Positions 54,677 through 64,000 of a stretch of DNA of 64,000 nucleotides are shown piece by piece. Position 1 is the stretch's first letter; every line of letters begins with the position of its first letter. The notes beneath the pieces were generated by a model. It was given only the letters and a program-made list of their open reading frames with translations, did not search any database and was not told where the DNA came from. Source of the stretch: Nitrospinales bacterium (GTDB taxonomy: Bacteria > Nitrospinota > Nitrospinia > Nitrospinales > VA-1); assembly GCA_965249625.1 (NCBI GenBank), contig OZ252246.1:2706236-2770235 (forward strand), written 5' to 3'. The position numbers and the translations under genes are program-made.

Positions 54677-55641
54677 TGGCAAAGGTAAGAGCTGGTGTGG
54701 TTGGAGTAGGCAGAATGGGTGAATATCATGTTGGAGTACTATCCGAGATGCAGGGGGTAGATCTTGCCGGAGTGGTGGATGTCGATCCTCAGCGCCGAAA
54801 GGCCATCCAGGATACCTACCACATCCCCAACTATGCGAACCACAAGGATCTTTTTGGCCAGATTGATTTCGCAGTAGTCGCAGTACCGACAAAGTTGCAT
54901 TATCCTATTACCAAAGACCTGCTTAATAATGGCATTCATGTTCTACTGGAAAAACCCTGTTCCAACAACCTCAATCACGCCCGCGAGCTTTTTCAGTTGG
55001 CTCAGGATAAGAGCCTGACTTTGCACATTGGTCATGTGGAACGTTTTAATGGGGCGGTGCAGGAACTCCACAAAATTGTTGAAGCTCCACTTTTTGTAGA
55101 GTGCAAGCGCATGGGGCCTTTCACCGAAAGAATCATTGATGATGGAGTGGTCTTGGATATCATGATCCATGATATAGATATTATTCTTAACCTGATCAAA
55201 TCCAAGGTGGTCACATGCCATGTTCTTGGGGCTTCGGTTTTTTCTGAAAAAGATGACCTGGTGAGCGCCCAGCTCGAATTTGAAAATGGGTGCATCGCCA
55301 ATATCGTTGCCAGCCGGGCTTCGCAGAATAAGGTCCGAACCTTGTCAGTCACTCAGAAAGATTCTTTCGTGGTTTTGGACTACACTGATCAGGAAATTTA
55401 TGTTCATCGCAAATCGTCTTCGGAGCATCAAGTGGGCAAGGGCTCACTGCGGTACAAGCAGGAATCGCTGATCGAAAGAATTTTTGTCCACAAAGATAAT
55501 CCCCTTAAGCTGGAGCTCCAGCATTTCATTGATTGCGTGAAAAATGGAAGCACTCGGAATGTTGCGGTGGATGATGAACTTTATTCGCTGGAAATCGCCT
55601 TGGATATTCTGGATCAGTTCAATAAAAAAAGAAAAAATTAG
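54676..55641 (+). CDS. Gfo/Idh/MocA-family NAD-dependent oxidoreductase embedded in the lpx cluster (GnnA-like by context)
   Basis: N-terminal Rossmann VGVVGVGRMGEYH and EKP motif LLEKPCS. GTG start overlaps the lpxA stop (TAGTG). Confidence 0.75.
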   Translation: MAKVRAGVVGVGRMGEYHVGVLSEMQGVDLAGVVDVDPQRRKAIQDTYHIPNYANHKDLFGQIDFAVVAVPTKLHYPITKDLLNNGIHVLLEKPCSNNLNHARELFQLAQDKSLTLHIGHVERFNGAVQELHKIVEAPLFVECKRMGPFTERIIDDGVVLDIMIHDIDIILNLIKSKVVTCHVLGASVFSEKDDLVSAQLEFENGCIANIVASRASQNKVRTLSVTQKDSFVVLDYTDQEIYVHRKSSSEHQVGKGSLRYKQESLIERIFVHKDNPLKLELQHFIDCVKNGSTRNVAVDDELYSLEIALDILDQFNKKRKN

Positions 55642-55743
55642 TTTCGCAGCCTGTACAAATATCGCATCGCATTCCCATATATTACTGCTAACCTATAGCG
55701 GCAACGGTCGCACCTTCTATAAATCTTCTTTTTGCCCATCATT

Positions 55744-56550
55744 ATGGATGCCACCCATGGGAAAATAGGTCTTGTCGCTGGAGCGGGAGAAGTTCCCGTA
55801 TATTTTGCGCGCAAAGCCAGCCAGGTGGGGATAAAAATTATCAGCGTGGGTTTCACAGAGGAAATCAAAAATGGTCTTGCGCCATTTTCGGAAATGAGTT
55901 ATTCGATTGGAGTCGGCCAGGCGGGGAAAATTCTTGAGACCTTTAAAAAGAACAATGTCAAAGATCTGTTGATTCTCGGCAAGGTTGAAAAAAGCGTCAT
56001 TTTTAAATTGCAGAAATTTGATCTTAAGGCCCTTCAATTTTTAAAAAATATTGTGACCTATGAAGACAAGGTTTTATTGTTGGGAATGATTAATGAGCTT
56101 GCAAAGGAAGGTTTCAGAGTTTTAAGTCAAAAAGAATTTTTGTCGGATATTTTTCCGCCAAAAGGAAATCTGGCTAACCGAGCACCCAGCAAACAGGAGT
56201 TGGCCGATATAGAATTTGGACTGCCCATTGCCCGAAAACTGGCGGATATGGAAATCGGCCAGACTCTCATAGTAAAAAACAAAACGGTGGTGGCCGTTGA
56301 AGCTCTGGAAGGAACAGATGAGGCCATTCAAAGAGGTTGTGAACTAGCCCATGGAAAATGTGTGGTGATCAAGGTCAGCAGAACCAATCAGGATTACCGT
56401 TATGACAGCCCTGGCATTGGACCGCAAACCATTCGTATGCTGAGCGAGGGATCGGTTCTGGCACTGGAGGCAGAGCGAGTTATGGTGGTGGAACAGGAGA
56501 AAGTTCTTGAACTGGCTGATGCGGCAAAAATCGTCGTGACCTGTTACTAG
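55744..56550 (+). CDS. lpxI: UDP-2,3-diacylglucosamine pyrophosphatase LpxI (DUF1009)
   Basis: GKIGLVAGAGEVPVYFARKA at the N-terminus and GQTLIVKNKTVVAVEALEGTDEAIQRG at the C-terminus. Lies between lpxA and lpxB. Confidence 0.85.
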   Translation: MDATHGKIGLVAGAGEVPVYFARKASQVGIKIISVGFTEEIKNGLAPFSEMSYSIGVGQAGKILETFKKNNVKDLLILGKVEKSVIFKLQKFDLKALQFLKNIVTYEDKVLLLGMINELAKEGFRVLSQKEFLSDIFPPKGNLANRAPSKQELADIEFGLPIARKLADMEIGQTLIVKNKTVVAVEALEGTDEAIQRGCELAHGKCVVIKVSRTNQDYRYDSPGIGPQTIRMLSEGSVLALEAERVMVVEQEKVLELADAAKIVVTCY

Positions 56551-56717
56551 GTCTGGCGAGCCGCCGGTGGCAAAATGCAATATCTTTAACTTCCGGGCAA
56601 AAAGTTATCTCGGCCTGAGATGCTGATTGAGAACAAAATAAAGATAATGGAAATTACCAGCGGAGGTTCTCCGCCCACTAGCCGTGGAGGCAGGAGCAAT
56701 GCCCATGGAGCGAGAGC

Positions 56718-57923
56718 ATGATTGATAGCAGTAACAAGACATTGCATCCTGAGTCCAGCGTCACGCTGGAGTTTTTAGTTATTGCTGGCGAGGCCTCCGG
56801 AGACTTGCATGGCTCGAATCTGGTATCGGCTTTAAAGGCTCTTTTGCCGCAGGTCCGTTTCAGCGGAATGGGTGGGTCGAGAATGCGGCAGGCTGGGGTG
56901 GAAACACTCTTTGGTATTGAGCGTATGGGCGCAGTCGGGGTGGTTGAGGTGCTGGGAGAATTCGGTTATTACTACAAGGTCTATCGGACATTGATGAAGG
57001 AAATCGCCTCGCACCGTTATGATGCGGTGATTCTCATCGACTATCCCACACTGAATCTTAGGTTGGCAAAACAGGCACGACGTTTTGATTGCCCGGTATT
57101 CTTTTTCATCAGCCCGCAGATTTGGGCCTGGAGGAAAGGGAGGATCCGGGATATCCGGGAGTCTGTGAGCAAGATGTTCGTCATTCTCCCGTTTGAAGAA
57201 AAACTGTATCTCAATGCCGGGGTGGACGCAGAATTTCTGGGGCATCCGTTTGTGGACATGGTCCATCCTAGCCGGACTCGTGAAGAGAGCCGGGTAAAAT
57301 ATTCCTTGAATTCCAAGATCAAGACTATCGGGCTCTTGCCCGGAAGCAGGATAAACGAGATCAACTCCCTTTTAGATGTGATGGTTCAGGCGGGAGAAAA
57401 AATTCGCGATGAACTGGGTTCCTGCCAGTTTCTTCTTCCCGTTGCCGACTCCATCGATCCCGATCTGATCCGTCAGCGTCTGGGTACCAACCCGCTTGGC
57501 ATCCAATTGGTTGAGGGAGAACCTTATGATGTGATGAATAGTTGTGACATGCTGATCATTGCATCCGGTTCCGCCACGCTGGAAGCGGGAATTCTTGGAT
57601 GCCCCATGGTCATCATCTACAAGTTGAATCCCTTGACCTACTTGCTGGCACAGTTGTTAGTTGATGCCCCATTGGTAGGTCTGGTGAATATTGTGGCGGA
57701 GGAAGAGGTGGTGCCCGAATTAATACAGGATAAAGTGACAGCAGAAAATATCTCTGCCGAAGTGCTTGCAGTTTTGCGGGTTTCTGGAAAGGAACAGGCT
57801 GTTCGCGAGCGTCTTCTTGAAACCAGAAAAACTCTGGGAAAACCTGGGGTCATGAAGGTTGTCGCGAAACGCATTGCCGATTTTATGGATAAATTGAACA
57901 CCAATGAAAAAACTCCTGTTTAA
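56718..57923 (+). CDS. lpxB: lipid-A-disaccharide synthase
   Basis: VIAGEASGDLHGSNL, IDYPTLNLRLA, LLPGSRINEI. Confidence 0.9.
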   Translation: MIDSSNKTLHPESSVTLEFLVIAGEASGDLHGSNLVSALKALLPQVRFSGMGGSRMRQAGVETLFGIERMGAVGVVEVLGEFGYYYKVYRTLMKEIASHRYDAVILIDYPTLNLRLAKQARRFDCPVFFFISPQIWAWRKGRIRDIRESVSKMFVILPFEEKLYLNAGVDAEFLGHPFVDMVHPSRTREESRVKYSLNSKIKTIGLLPGSRINEINSLLDVMVQAGEKIRDELGSCQFLLPVADSIDPDLIRQRLGTNPLGIQLVEGEPYDVMNSCDMLIIASGSATLEAGILGCPMVIIYKLNPLTYLLAQLLVDAPLVGLVNIVAEEEVVPELIQDKVTAENISAEVLAVLRVSGKEQAVRERLLETRKTLGKPGVMKVVAKRIADFMDKLNTNEKTPV

Positions 57924-58548
57924 ATACGCACTCCCGTATCTCCTTTTTGGATTGGTGTATCTCTGGTGCCTGACTCTTCGCTCAAGAAACCTGAACGAGG
58001 AAGAAGAAAACCATTTTAAGGATCTTACCGGACCCTATATCCTCGCCTTGTGGCATGGAAGAATCTTTTACCTGTTTTATTATCTTCGCCGACACCCGGA
58101 TTATTTCCTGCTGATCAGCCCAAGTGAAGATGGCGATCTTCTGGCCCGGCTCGCGCAATTGATGGGCTATTCCGTGATACGGGGATCGACCTTTAAAAAA
58201 GCTGTTCCCGCAGCCCGATCCCTGATTAAAGTTTTGCGCAGGAACCAGAGGATTATTATAATTGCCGATGGTTCCCGCGGCCCGCGATGTGTGGCTCAAT
58301 CGGGATCGGTGCAATTGGCCGGAATAACCGGAGCGCCCATTTTCCCCATGACCTTCGGAGCCCAAAATAAAATGGTCTTAAATAGCTGGGACCGGTTTGT
58401 CATCCCCTGGCCTTTTGCCCGTTGTGCTCTTAACTTCTCATCACCCATTTCTTTGCCCCGCAAATCGTCTGAGCAAAGTATCGAGGAAAAGCGATTGGAG
58501 CTGGAAAGTGCCCTCAATCTTATAACCCAAGCCAGCGACGAAAGCTAA
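57904..58548 (+). CDS. DUF374-family (lysophospholipid acyltransferase-like) protein
   Basis: ILALWHGRIF, ISPSEDGDLLARL...IRGS, DGSRGP. The 20-nt overlap with lpxB indicates the same operon. Confidence 0.8.
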   Translation: MKKLLFKYALPYLLFGLVYLWCLTLRSRNLNEEEENHFKDLTGPYILALWHGRIFYLFYYLRRHPDYFLLISPSEDGDLLARLAQLMGYSVIRGSTFKKAVPAARSLIKVLRRNQRIIIIADGSRGPRCVAQSGSVQLAGITGAPIFPMTFGAQNKMVLNSWDRFVIPWPFARCALNFSSPISLPRKSSEQSIEEKRLELESALNLITQASDES

Positions 58549-58561
58549 AAAACGCTTTCCT

Positions 58562-61348
58562 CTAACTACCGTGATATTCCAGTTTCTCACAAATGTCGGA
58601 AGGCGTAAGCGATACGTCCCATGCCCATTTACCAAACCCGCCGTGCTGGTTTACAGCCTTAACCCACTCATCTAAGGAATTTCTTTTAGCTTGATTCTGT
58701 TCGTTATCCTGTCCCTTAACCTCCAACACAAGCATAGTTTCGTTGGCTAATTTGATTAAGAAATCCGGCCGGTATTTGTGCACGATACCCCTGTAAATAT
58801 AAAGAATTTCAAACCCCAGATGATCGTTCTTGACCCACGAGGAAACATTTTTTTCATCTTTATCAATGCGGAAAGCTTCGACCGCTTCCCATGTGCTGTC
58901 AAATATGCAAAAGTTAATATGGGACCTTTTGGTATGTTCGCAGGCTCTTCCGCTATACCAGGGCAACATATCTCCGGTAGACCGTATCGGTTTTTCCGCG
59001 TCAAATATTGGAGTCAACTGTAATGAATTTTCATAACGAACCGCCTGCAAAACATGGCGGACCAGCCTGCTCATATTCAGGGTGAGCAATACCCGCTTGT
59101 TCATTGCAAGTCGATAAAAAGAAGGGCTGATTTCTATACGGTCCGAGTCAATGAATTTTTCCACTGACCGAATGACCTGGCCCAGCAGGTACTCCCGGTT
59201 TCCCTTCCAGTTTAATTTCATCTGGTCAAATACATCGGCAGAGGTTCTAAATATAATTTTCTGCAATCGGGATTCCAGGCCCAGCTTCTTCAAACTAATT
59301 TCAGTCAATTTAGACACATCCGGTTTGCCGCTGATGACAGGAGCCATCTCTACCAGTTTCATGTTTTCCGTGGCATCCATCTTAAAGGGTTCTACCTTAT
59401 CCAGGTCAAGCTCTAACACAGGTTTGTACACGTGATCGATCCTGATTATATTGGGCCATGAAATTTCATAACATTTCTTCTTCGGAGCCGGTTCAATTTT
59501 GGTCTTGGGCGATGGGGGAGGAGGGGGCGGGCCGTCTCCTTCTTCATGAGGAAGAAAAGTGAATGGGATGCCAAAAATGTTAACATGTTCCGCCTGAAAT
59601 AATTCTGTTATCGGGTCTACTTCATAAGAAGTTCTTCTTAAACCACGCCCTACGACCTGCTCGCATAATAACTGGCTGGAAAATGCCCGCAAGCCCATGA
59701 TATGGGTAACGGTTTTGGTGTCCCATCCCTCTGAAAGCATGCCAACGGAAATTACATTTTGAATCTTTTCGCCGGGCTTCCCGATATTCCCAATCGTGTT
59801 AACTTGCAGGCGAAGCTTTTCCGCCATTTTCTGCTTGGTAAGTTTTGGTTTAGCCCCATCTCCCTCAGAATCCCGATCACTGCCATTGACCGTAACGGGT
59901 TCCTCAACCTCTTCCGCCTTTTTCAATACATTTGAATCAATGTGAAGGGTTAAATCAGGATTTGATAATTCTTCAATATTAATTTTTGATTTATCGAACG
60001 CGTATTTTACTCGTGCAGCCGTTTCGGTTCTGTTGGCTATGGTTATCATTACCGGTGGAACTTTAAACCCATTCTTTTGCCAATCCTGTGCGGTTTCCCT
60101 CCAGTCCAGCCCCAATAAATAATACGCGTTCAATACCAGGTCGGGCAGTGGCTCATGCTCCTCGGCTTTTCTGTTCAAATCATCTTTAACTTCGGATGCC
60201 ATATAAAGATGATATAGCTTTGATTTAAAAGTTTTGGTGTCGGGCAGGGCATCATCACGCACAACCACTCTGGGCGTCTTGACCAGTCCGGACTCTATCG
60301 CATCGTTCAATCCGAAATCGCTGATAACCCATGAAAATAACGCCTCTTCTTGCGCTTTTTTTCCGGAAGGAGCAAAAGGAGTGGCCGAAAGATCGTAGCA
60401 GGTCATGATGCTGCGGGCGTTATGAATGCGGTCCAGGCCTCCTACCCATTTAGTGGCCTCCTCAATATCTTCCTTTTTGATACCCGCCATTTTGGATTCT
60501 GCGGGAACCCGCCAGGCATGATGAGCCTCGTCATTTATTACAAGAATATTACGTGCATTTGCCATGTTGCCCAAAACTTTCCTGACATAGGCCTCATCGC
60601 TTTTGGCACCCCTCTTGTCTACACCCTTTTTCTTTTTAATTTTTTCCGCGTCTTCCCAATTAAGCGTATGCCAGTTATGAATCAGTATTTTCCCCTGTCT
60701 CAGCTTTTCAAGAAGGCCGAGAGGAACAATATTGAACTCGCCATAATAATTGTCTTCACCGGAATGATTTAAAACCCGCAACCGGTTTTTGACCGTCAAA
60801 CCGGGAGCTACGATAAAAATATGTTTTGAGAATCGTTTGTCCTGCGGATAGGTGATTTTGTTGATGACCTGCCAGGCAATCAGCATTGCCATGACAATCG
60901 TTTTTCCGGAACCGGTCGCCATCTTGGAACAAAGGCGCGTGAATGGCCCGCCGTCACCAGGAATGTCAATTCCCTGTTTTTCTGCGGATGAGGCTTCGCG
61001 GAGCCAAATTAATGTTTCTATGGCTTCAATTTGACAGAAAAAGAATTTTCGATACTCCCTTTCCTCCTCATTTTGCCAATGGTCCAGCAACCGTTTGGTT
61101 ATTCCAGTAATCCCGGGATATCCAGCTTCCTTCCATGCTCTGACGCGGGGGCGAATTTTATTGACCAATGGAAGTGGAACAAACTGCCCGGGATCATCAA
61201 AGGATTTAGAACCGGGAGTGGCAACAACATATCCGGCAGGCCGCCGTCCCTCTTCCTTGGAGAACAAGCGGCTTTCACGATCATATTTCCAATAATGAGA
61301 GGGTTCTTCATAAGGAGAGTTGATAATGAGTTGGTCTATGCTTTCCAT
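58562..61348 (-). CDS. Res-like SF2 helicase fused to a C-terminal PD-(D/E)xK nuclease (Type III restriction-like)
   Basis: 928 aa. N-terminal INSPYEEPSHYW...FFFCQIEAIETLIWL, motif I MATGSGKT, motif II INDEAHHAW, motif VI VVGRGLRR, a poly-Pro linker (GPPPPPPSP), and C-terminal RPDFLIKL...LVLEVKG. Confidence 0.85.
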   Translation of the reverse strand: MESIDQLIINSPYEEPSHYWKYDRESRLFSKEEGRRPAGYVVATPGSKSFDDPGQFVPLPLVNKIRPRVRAWKEAGYPGITGITKRLLDHWQNEEEREYRKFFFCQIEAIETLIWLREASSAEKQGIDIPGDGGPFTRLCSKMATGSGKTIVMAMLIAWQVINKITYPQDKRFSKHIFIVAPGLTVKNRLRVLNHSGEDNYYGEFNIVPLGLLEKLRQGKILIHNWHTLNWEDAEKIKKKKGVDKRGAKSDEAYVRKVLGNMANARNILVINDEAHHAWRVPAESKMAGIKKEDIEEATKWVGGLDRIHNARSIMTCYDLSATPFAPSGKKAQEEALFSWVISDFGLNDAIESGLVKTPRVVVRDDALPDTKTFKSKLYHLYMASEVKDDLNRKAEEHEPLPDLVLNAYYLLGLDWRETAQDWQKNGFKVPPVMITIANRTETAARVKYAFDKSKINIEELSNPDLTLHIDSNVLKKAEEVEEPVTVNGSDRDSEGDGAKPKLTKQKMAEKLRLQVNTIGNIGKPGEKIQNVISVGMLSEGWDTKTVTHIMGLRAFSSQLLCEQVVGRGLRRTSYEVDPITELFQAEHVNIFGIPFTFLPHEEGDGPPPPPPSPKTKIEPAPKKKCYEISWPNIIRIDHVYKPVLELDLDKVEPFKMDATENMKLVEMAPVISGKPDVSKLTEISLKKLGLESRLQKIIFRTSADVFDQMKLNWKGNREYLLGQVIRSVEKFIDSDRIEISPSFYRLAMNKRVLLTLNMSRLVRHVLQAVRYENSLQLTPIFDAEKPIRSTGDMLPWYSGRACEHTKRSHINFCIFDSTWEAVEAFRIDKDEKNVSSWVKNDHLGFEILYIYRGIVHKYRPDFLIKLANETMLVLEVKGQDNEQNQAKRNSLDEWVKAVNQHGGFGKWAWDVSLTPSDICEKLEYHGS

Positions 61349-62529
61349 AGTGTTACTTTGAAATGGTCTTCAGTGGATTTAAAATCGGGCTCCCTGCCGT
61401 TGTGCTCCAACATCAATGGAATGACCTTGAGCCGAATGCCCATTCCTTGCTGTTCCAGATAGCCGTAATCTCTGAAAATTCTGGCTGACAATGGATTGCG
61501 TGGTACAGACTCGCCACTTTTTATTTTCTCCACTGTCATACCGTTGGGTAATGCGCCGGGGCTGGTTATTTCAAAGCGGTTGGCATAAATAACAACGCGC
61601 ACATAATCCTGCTTTGTCCAGTCTCGATGAATGAGCGCATTGATGACTAATTCCCTGATTACTTCCTGGGGATAGTCCCATACTCTCTTACGAGTCATGC
61701 CTTCCAGCCTCTCTTGGATAATATATTCTGCAAAATGTATATTTTCATGCAACGCAGTTTCAACAGGGTTAGTTATCTGGTTTGAACCTCGATACTCCAC
61801 CATCGGCATATCAAAGTCTCTATCAAACCGGGTGTTGTAATCCTTGTCTTCCCCATCATAAACGGTGAGTCTTAGTCCAGCCTGTGGCAACCTTACTTGG
61901 GGTGTTTTCGCAAACAGGGCATAGGCAAAATAGCTACAGCTTAAATTTGGAGACTCGCCCACCAGAAAGCCACGGTCAATAAGCAACTTTTGCAAATCAT
62001 CTACTGACGGATGTTTTAGGACATTGTAGAAATATTCTTTGTAGCGTCGTTTATCCAAATCTGCAATTGTGGAACCATGTACAGGAAATTTTTCTGCCGA
62101 CAGAAGACCGCCGGTATCAAACAGCCTGGCTTGTTGTTCGCGTGTTGCCAGTTGGCAGGTGTTCCCATAACGAACATAGATATCCTCGCGGTCGTTGAGT
62201 CTGAGCACATATGGCTTGTTATTACCCTGGGGAATTTTCACAACTGCTATTTTTTTGTCTTTAAAGGTGACTTCTTCATAGTCTGGCAAGATAAAAGGGT
62301 GAACATATCTACCGACAACCGTATCCATCAACCATTCGTGAAAGTTATCTCTTTGAATGCCACTGACGCTGCCATCGTCTTCAATACCCATTAAAATTTG
62401 ACCGCCATTCATATTGGCAAAGCCAACTATTTCTTTCGCTAACGACTCAGGGCGGATATTATCCTGCTTATATTCAAGCTTGGGACCCTCTCCCTGGTTA
62501 AGAAGTTCTAATAGTTCACTTTTTAACAT
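61336..62529 (-). CDS. AlbA_2/Schlafen-type DNA-binding domain + HATPase_c_4-like protein (COG2865 family)
   Basis: N-terminal EGPKLEYKQ...LAKEIVGFANMNGGQILMGIEDDG (AlbA_2). C-terminal EVIRELVINALIHRDW...ITSPG (GHKL-like). 13-nt overlap with the downstream helicase gene. Confidence 0.8.
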   Translation of the reverse strand: MLKSELLELLNQGEGPKLEYKQDNIRPESLAKEIVGFANMNGGQILMGIEDDGSVSGIQRDNFHEWLMDTVVGRYVHPFILPDYEEVTFKDKKIAVVKIPQGNNKPYVLRLNDREDIYVRYGNTCQLATREQQARLFDTGGLLSAEKFPVHGSTIADLDKRRYKEYFYNVLKHPSVDDLQKLLIDRGFLVGESPNLSCSYFAYALFAKTPQVRLPQAGLRLTVYDGEDKDYNTRFDRDFDMPMVEYRGSNQITNPVETALHENIHFAEYIIQERLEGMTRKRVWDYPQEVIRELVINALIHRDWTKQDYVRVVIYANRFEITSPGALPNGMTVEKIKSGESVPRNPLSARIFRDYGYLEQQGMGIRLKVIPLMLEHNGREPDFKSTEDHFKVTLWKA

Positions 62530-62544
62530 TTCATGCCCGCATCC

Positions 62545-64000
62545 TTAAAAACCATACTTGTCTTTGCGTATATTAAAAGCCGCTTTGCCGCCTTCCAGTA
62601 TTTCTGCTGCCTGACTACTCACTTCTGGTTTATCAATAGATCCGATATTTTTAACCGATCCCGTGCCCTGGTTACTATCTAACACAACGATTAACTCGGC
62701 ATCACCAAACACGGGGATATTGGCATTGTGAGTGGCAAACAAAAATTGCCGGTTGGTTTTGAATTGCCTTAAATCCTGCACAATGCGTTCGGCGATAAAG
62801 GCATTGTCCAAATTATCTTCTGGCTGATCGATAATCAAAGGATCATCGCAGCTTAATAATAGTAAATTTAAGATAGCCGTACATTTTTGACCAGTGGACA
62901 GATCTTCAAGCGGTACATAGCGAACGTCATTGCCCTCGTGTGCTGTATTTAGCTCAATGTTAACTTTGTCTTTTAATTCAATCTCTTCTAATTCCAATCG
63001 CTTAGATAAATTTAAACTGATTAGTTTTGCAACAGTACCTTGAGCCAATCCGGATGCTTTGTACTCATCCATGAAAGCACTTGCATTTTGTTTCTTTATC
63101 CATTGTGACCATTGCACTAAATCCAATTCTATGTTGTCCTGTTCCAGCCATTGTATTTTGGACCGACCAATGCCGTCAATATCGTGCAGAAAGTCTTTTA
63201 AAGATGCCGAGTTCCCACAACGCTCCACGCTGATTTTCACCTTGCCCTTTAAGTCCCCTTTGTTCAATTTTTGTACTGATTTATTCATAGCTTCATAATG
63301 ATTAAATGCAGTAGTACGATACTCTTCCAGCAGGGTCATTCTCTCTAACTCAATCTCAGTCATGATTCTTTGCTGATTTTTGTGTGCCTGTTTTTGTTTT
63401 TTTATCAGCGTCAATTGTTTAATGATGGTTGTATATCCCTCCCCTAATTCTTTGCCGGTCTTACCCGCTTGCTCGGGCAGTTGGGCAATCGCCTGATTTA
63501 ATGCGTCTCGAATCTTGTTTGATGATTCTTGCCATGCCGGTTGCATGGCTTGATAGCTGCTCCTGGCTTTTTGTAGTGCTTTGCTGGCTTGTTCAGCTAG
63601 ATTCCCGAGTGTTTTTTGTAAATCCTCAAGAATTTTCCGTGTTTCGACTATGCTTGCCTTATTGGGAAGCTCTGCAAGATGAGTGTCTTGTAAAAACGCC
63701 AAATCAAATATTTCTTGATAATCCATTATCCATTTTTCAACCAAATCAAACTGTTCTTTAATTTTTATTTGAATGGCCTTTTCTCTTTCAAGCAGTGGGG
63801 TGTTTTTTAATTTATCCTCTATGCCTAGCTTCCTAAATTGCGTCGCTTTTTCTTTAAGTGTATATTCTTTGCTGACTGCTTCATCTAACAGTTCAAACTC
63901 CTCATTCGCTCTTATCAATTTATCTCTGTTGATTTCTAACATGCGTTTAATTTTAGCCATGTCGGCATCAAATTGAGAACTGTCTGGTAGAAAGTTATTG
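62545..64000 (-). CDS. SMC/RecF/SbcC-like ABC ATPase, C-terminal ~485 aa (5' end beyond the window)
   Basis: Long coiled-coil region, then signature LSTGQK and Walker B/D-loop LIIDQPEDNLD, and FATHNANIPVFGDAELIVV. The frame stays open upstream of the tracked ATG (63960) to the window edge, and no Walker A is seen, so the N-terminus lies outside. Confidence 0.75.
   Translation of the reverse strand, partial: NNFLPDSSQFDADMAKIKRMLEINRDKLIRANEEFELLDEAVSKEYTLKEKATQFRKLGIEDKLKNTPLLEREKAIQIKIKEQFDLVEKWIMDYQEIFDLAFLQDTHLAELPNKASIVETRKILEDLQKTLGNLAEQASKALQKARSSYQAMQPAWQESSNKIRDALNQAIAQLPEQAGKTGKELGEGYTTIIKQLTLIKKQKQAHKNQQRIMTEIELERMTLLEEYRTTAFNHYEAMNKSVQKLNKGDLKGKVKISVERCGNSASLKDFLHDIDGIGRSKIQWLEQDNIELDLVQWSQWIKKQNASAFMDEYKASGLAQGTVAKLISLNLSKRLELEEIELKDKVNIELNTAHEGNDVRYVPLEDLSTGQKCTAILNLLLLSCDDPLIIDQPEDNLDNAFIAERIVQDLRQFKTNRQFLFATHNANIPVFGDAELIVVLDSNQGTGSVKNIGSIDKPEVSSQAAEILEGGKAAFNIRKDKYGF

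Overview
This window looks like a chromosomal segment from a diderm (Gram-negative-type) bacterium. I cannot assign a taxon from sequence alone. The housekeeping backbone runs gyrA (3' end), a TPR protein, serS, tRNA-Ser(UGA), tRNA-Ser(GCU), tRNA-Arg, tRNA-Ser(GGA), SRP RNA, dnaX, ybaB, recR, tRNA-Asn, hemB, lgt, a U32 peptidase, hpnH, trmB, an SNF transporter, uvrC, an FGE-like lipoprotein, metH and clpC. It ends with an outer-membrane/lipid A cluster: bamA, skp, fabZ, lpxA, an oxidoreductase, lpxI, lpxB and a DUF374 gene. Several visibly AT-richer accessory patches interrupt this backbone. (1) A fic/lipoprotein islet is bracketed by 233-bp direct repeats. (2) A tRNA-Arg/tRNA-Ser-flanked islet encodes a membrane-anchored dCTP-deaminase-fold protein and a frameshifted TIGR04255-like operon. 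(3) A PIN/UPF0175 pair. (4) A Type III R-M operon has an XRE-ImmA/DUF4411 cassette inserted between mod and res, next to a wHTH-GHKL-STAS gene. (5) A patch encodes a TM-ankyrin protein. (6) A decay zone holds DegT and HicB remnants, a 239-aa unknown protein and a ParB-like gene. (7) At the right edge is a three-gene operon (SMC-like ABC ATPase, AlbA_2/COG2865 protein, Res-like helicase-nuclease) with no methyltransferase visible in the window. Intergenic DNA is heavily colonised by a palindromic MITE family with clean 9-bp target-site duplications. One copy rewrites the 3' end of a gene and another may supply a start codon. A second short motif sits just after stop codons. Three accessory genes are broken at homopolymer runs, and dnaX carries an A10 tract with stops in both alternative frames. 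No CRISPR array, rRNA or transposase/integrase gene is visible.
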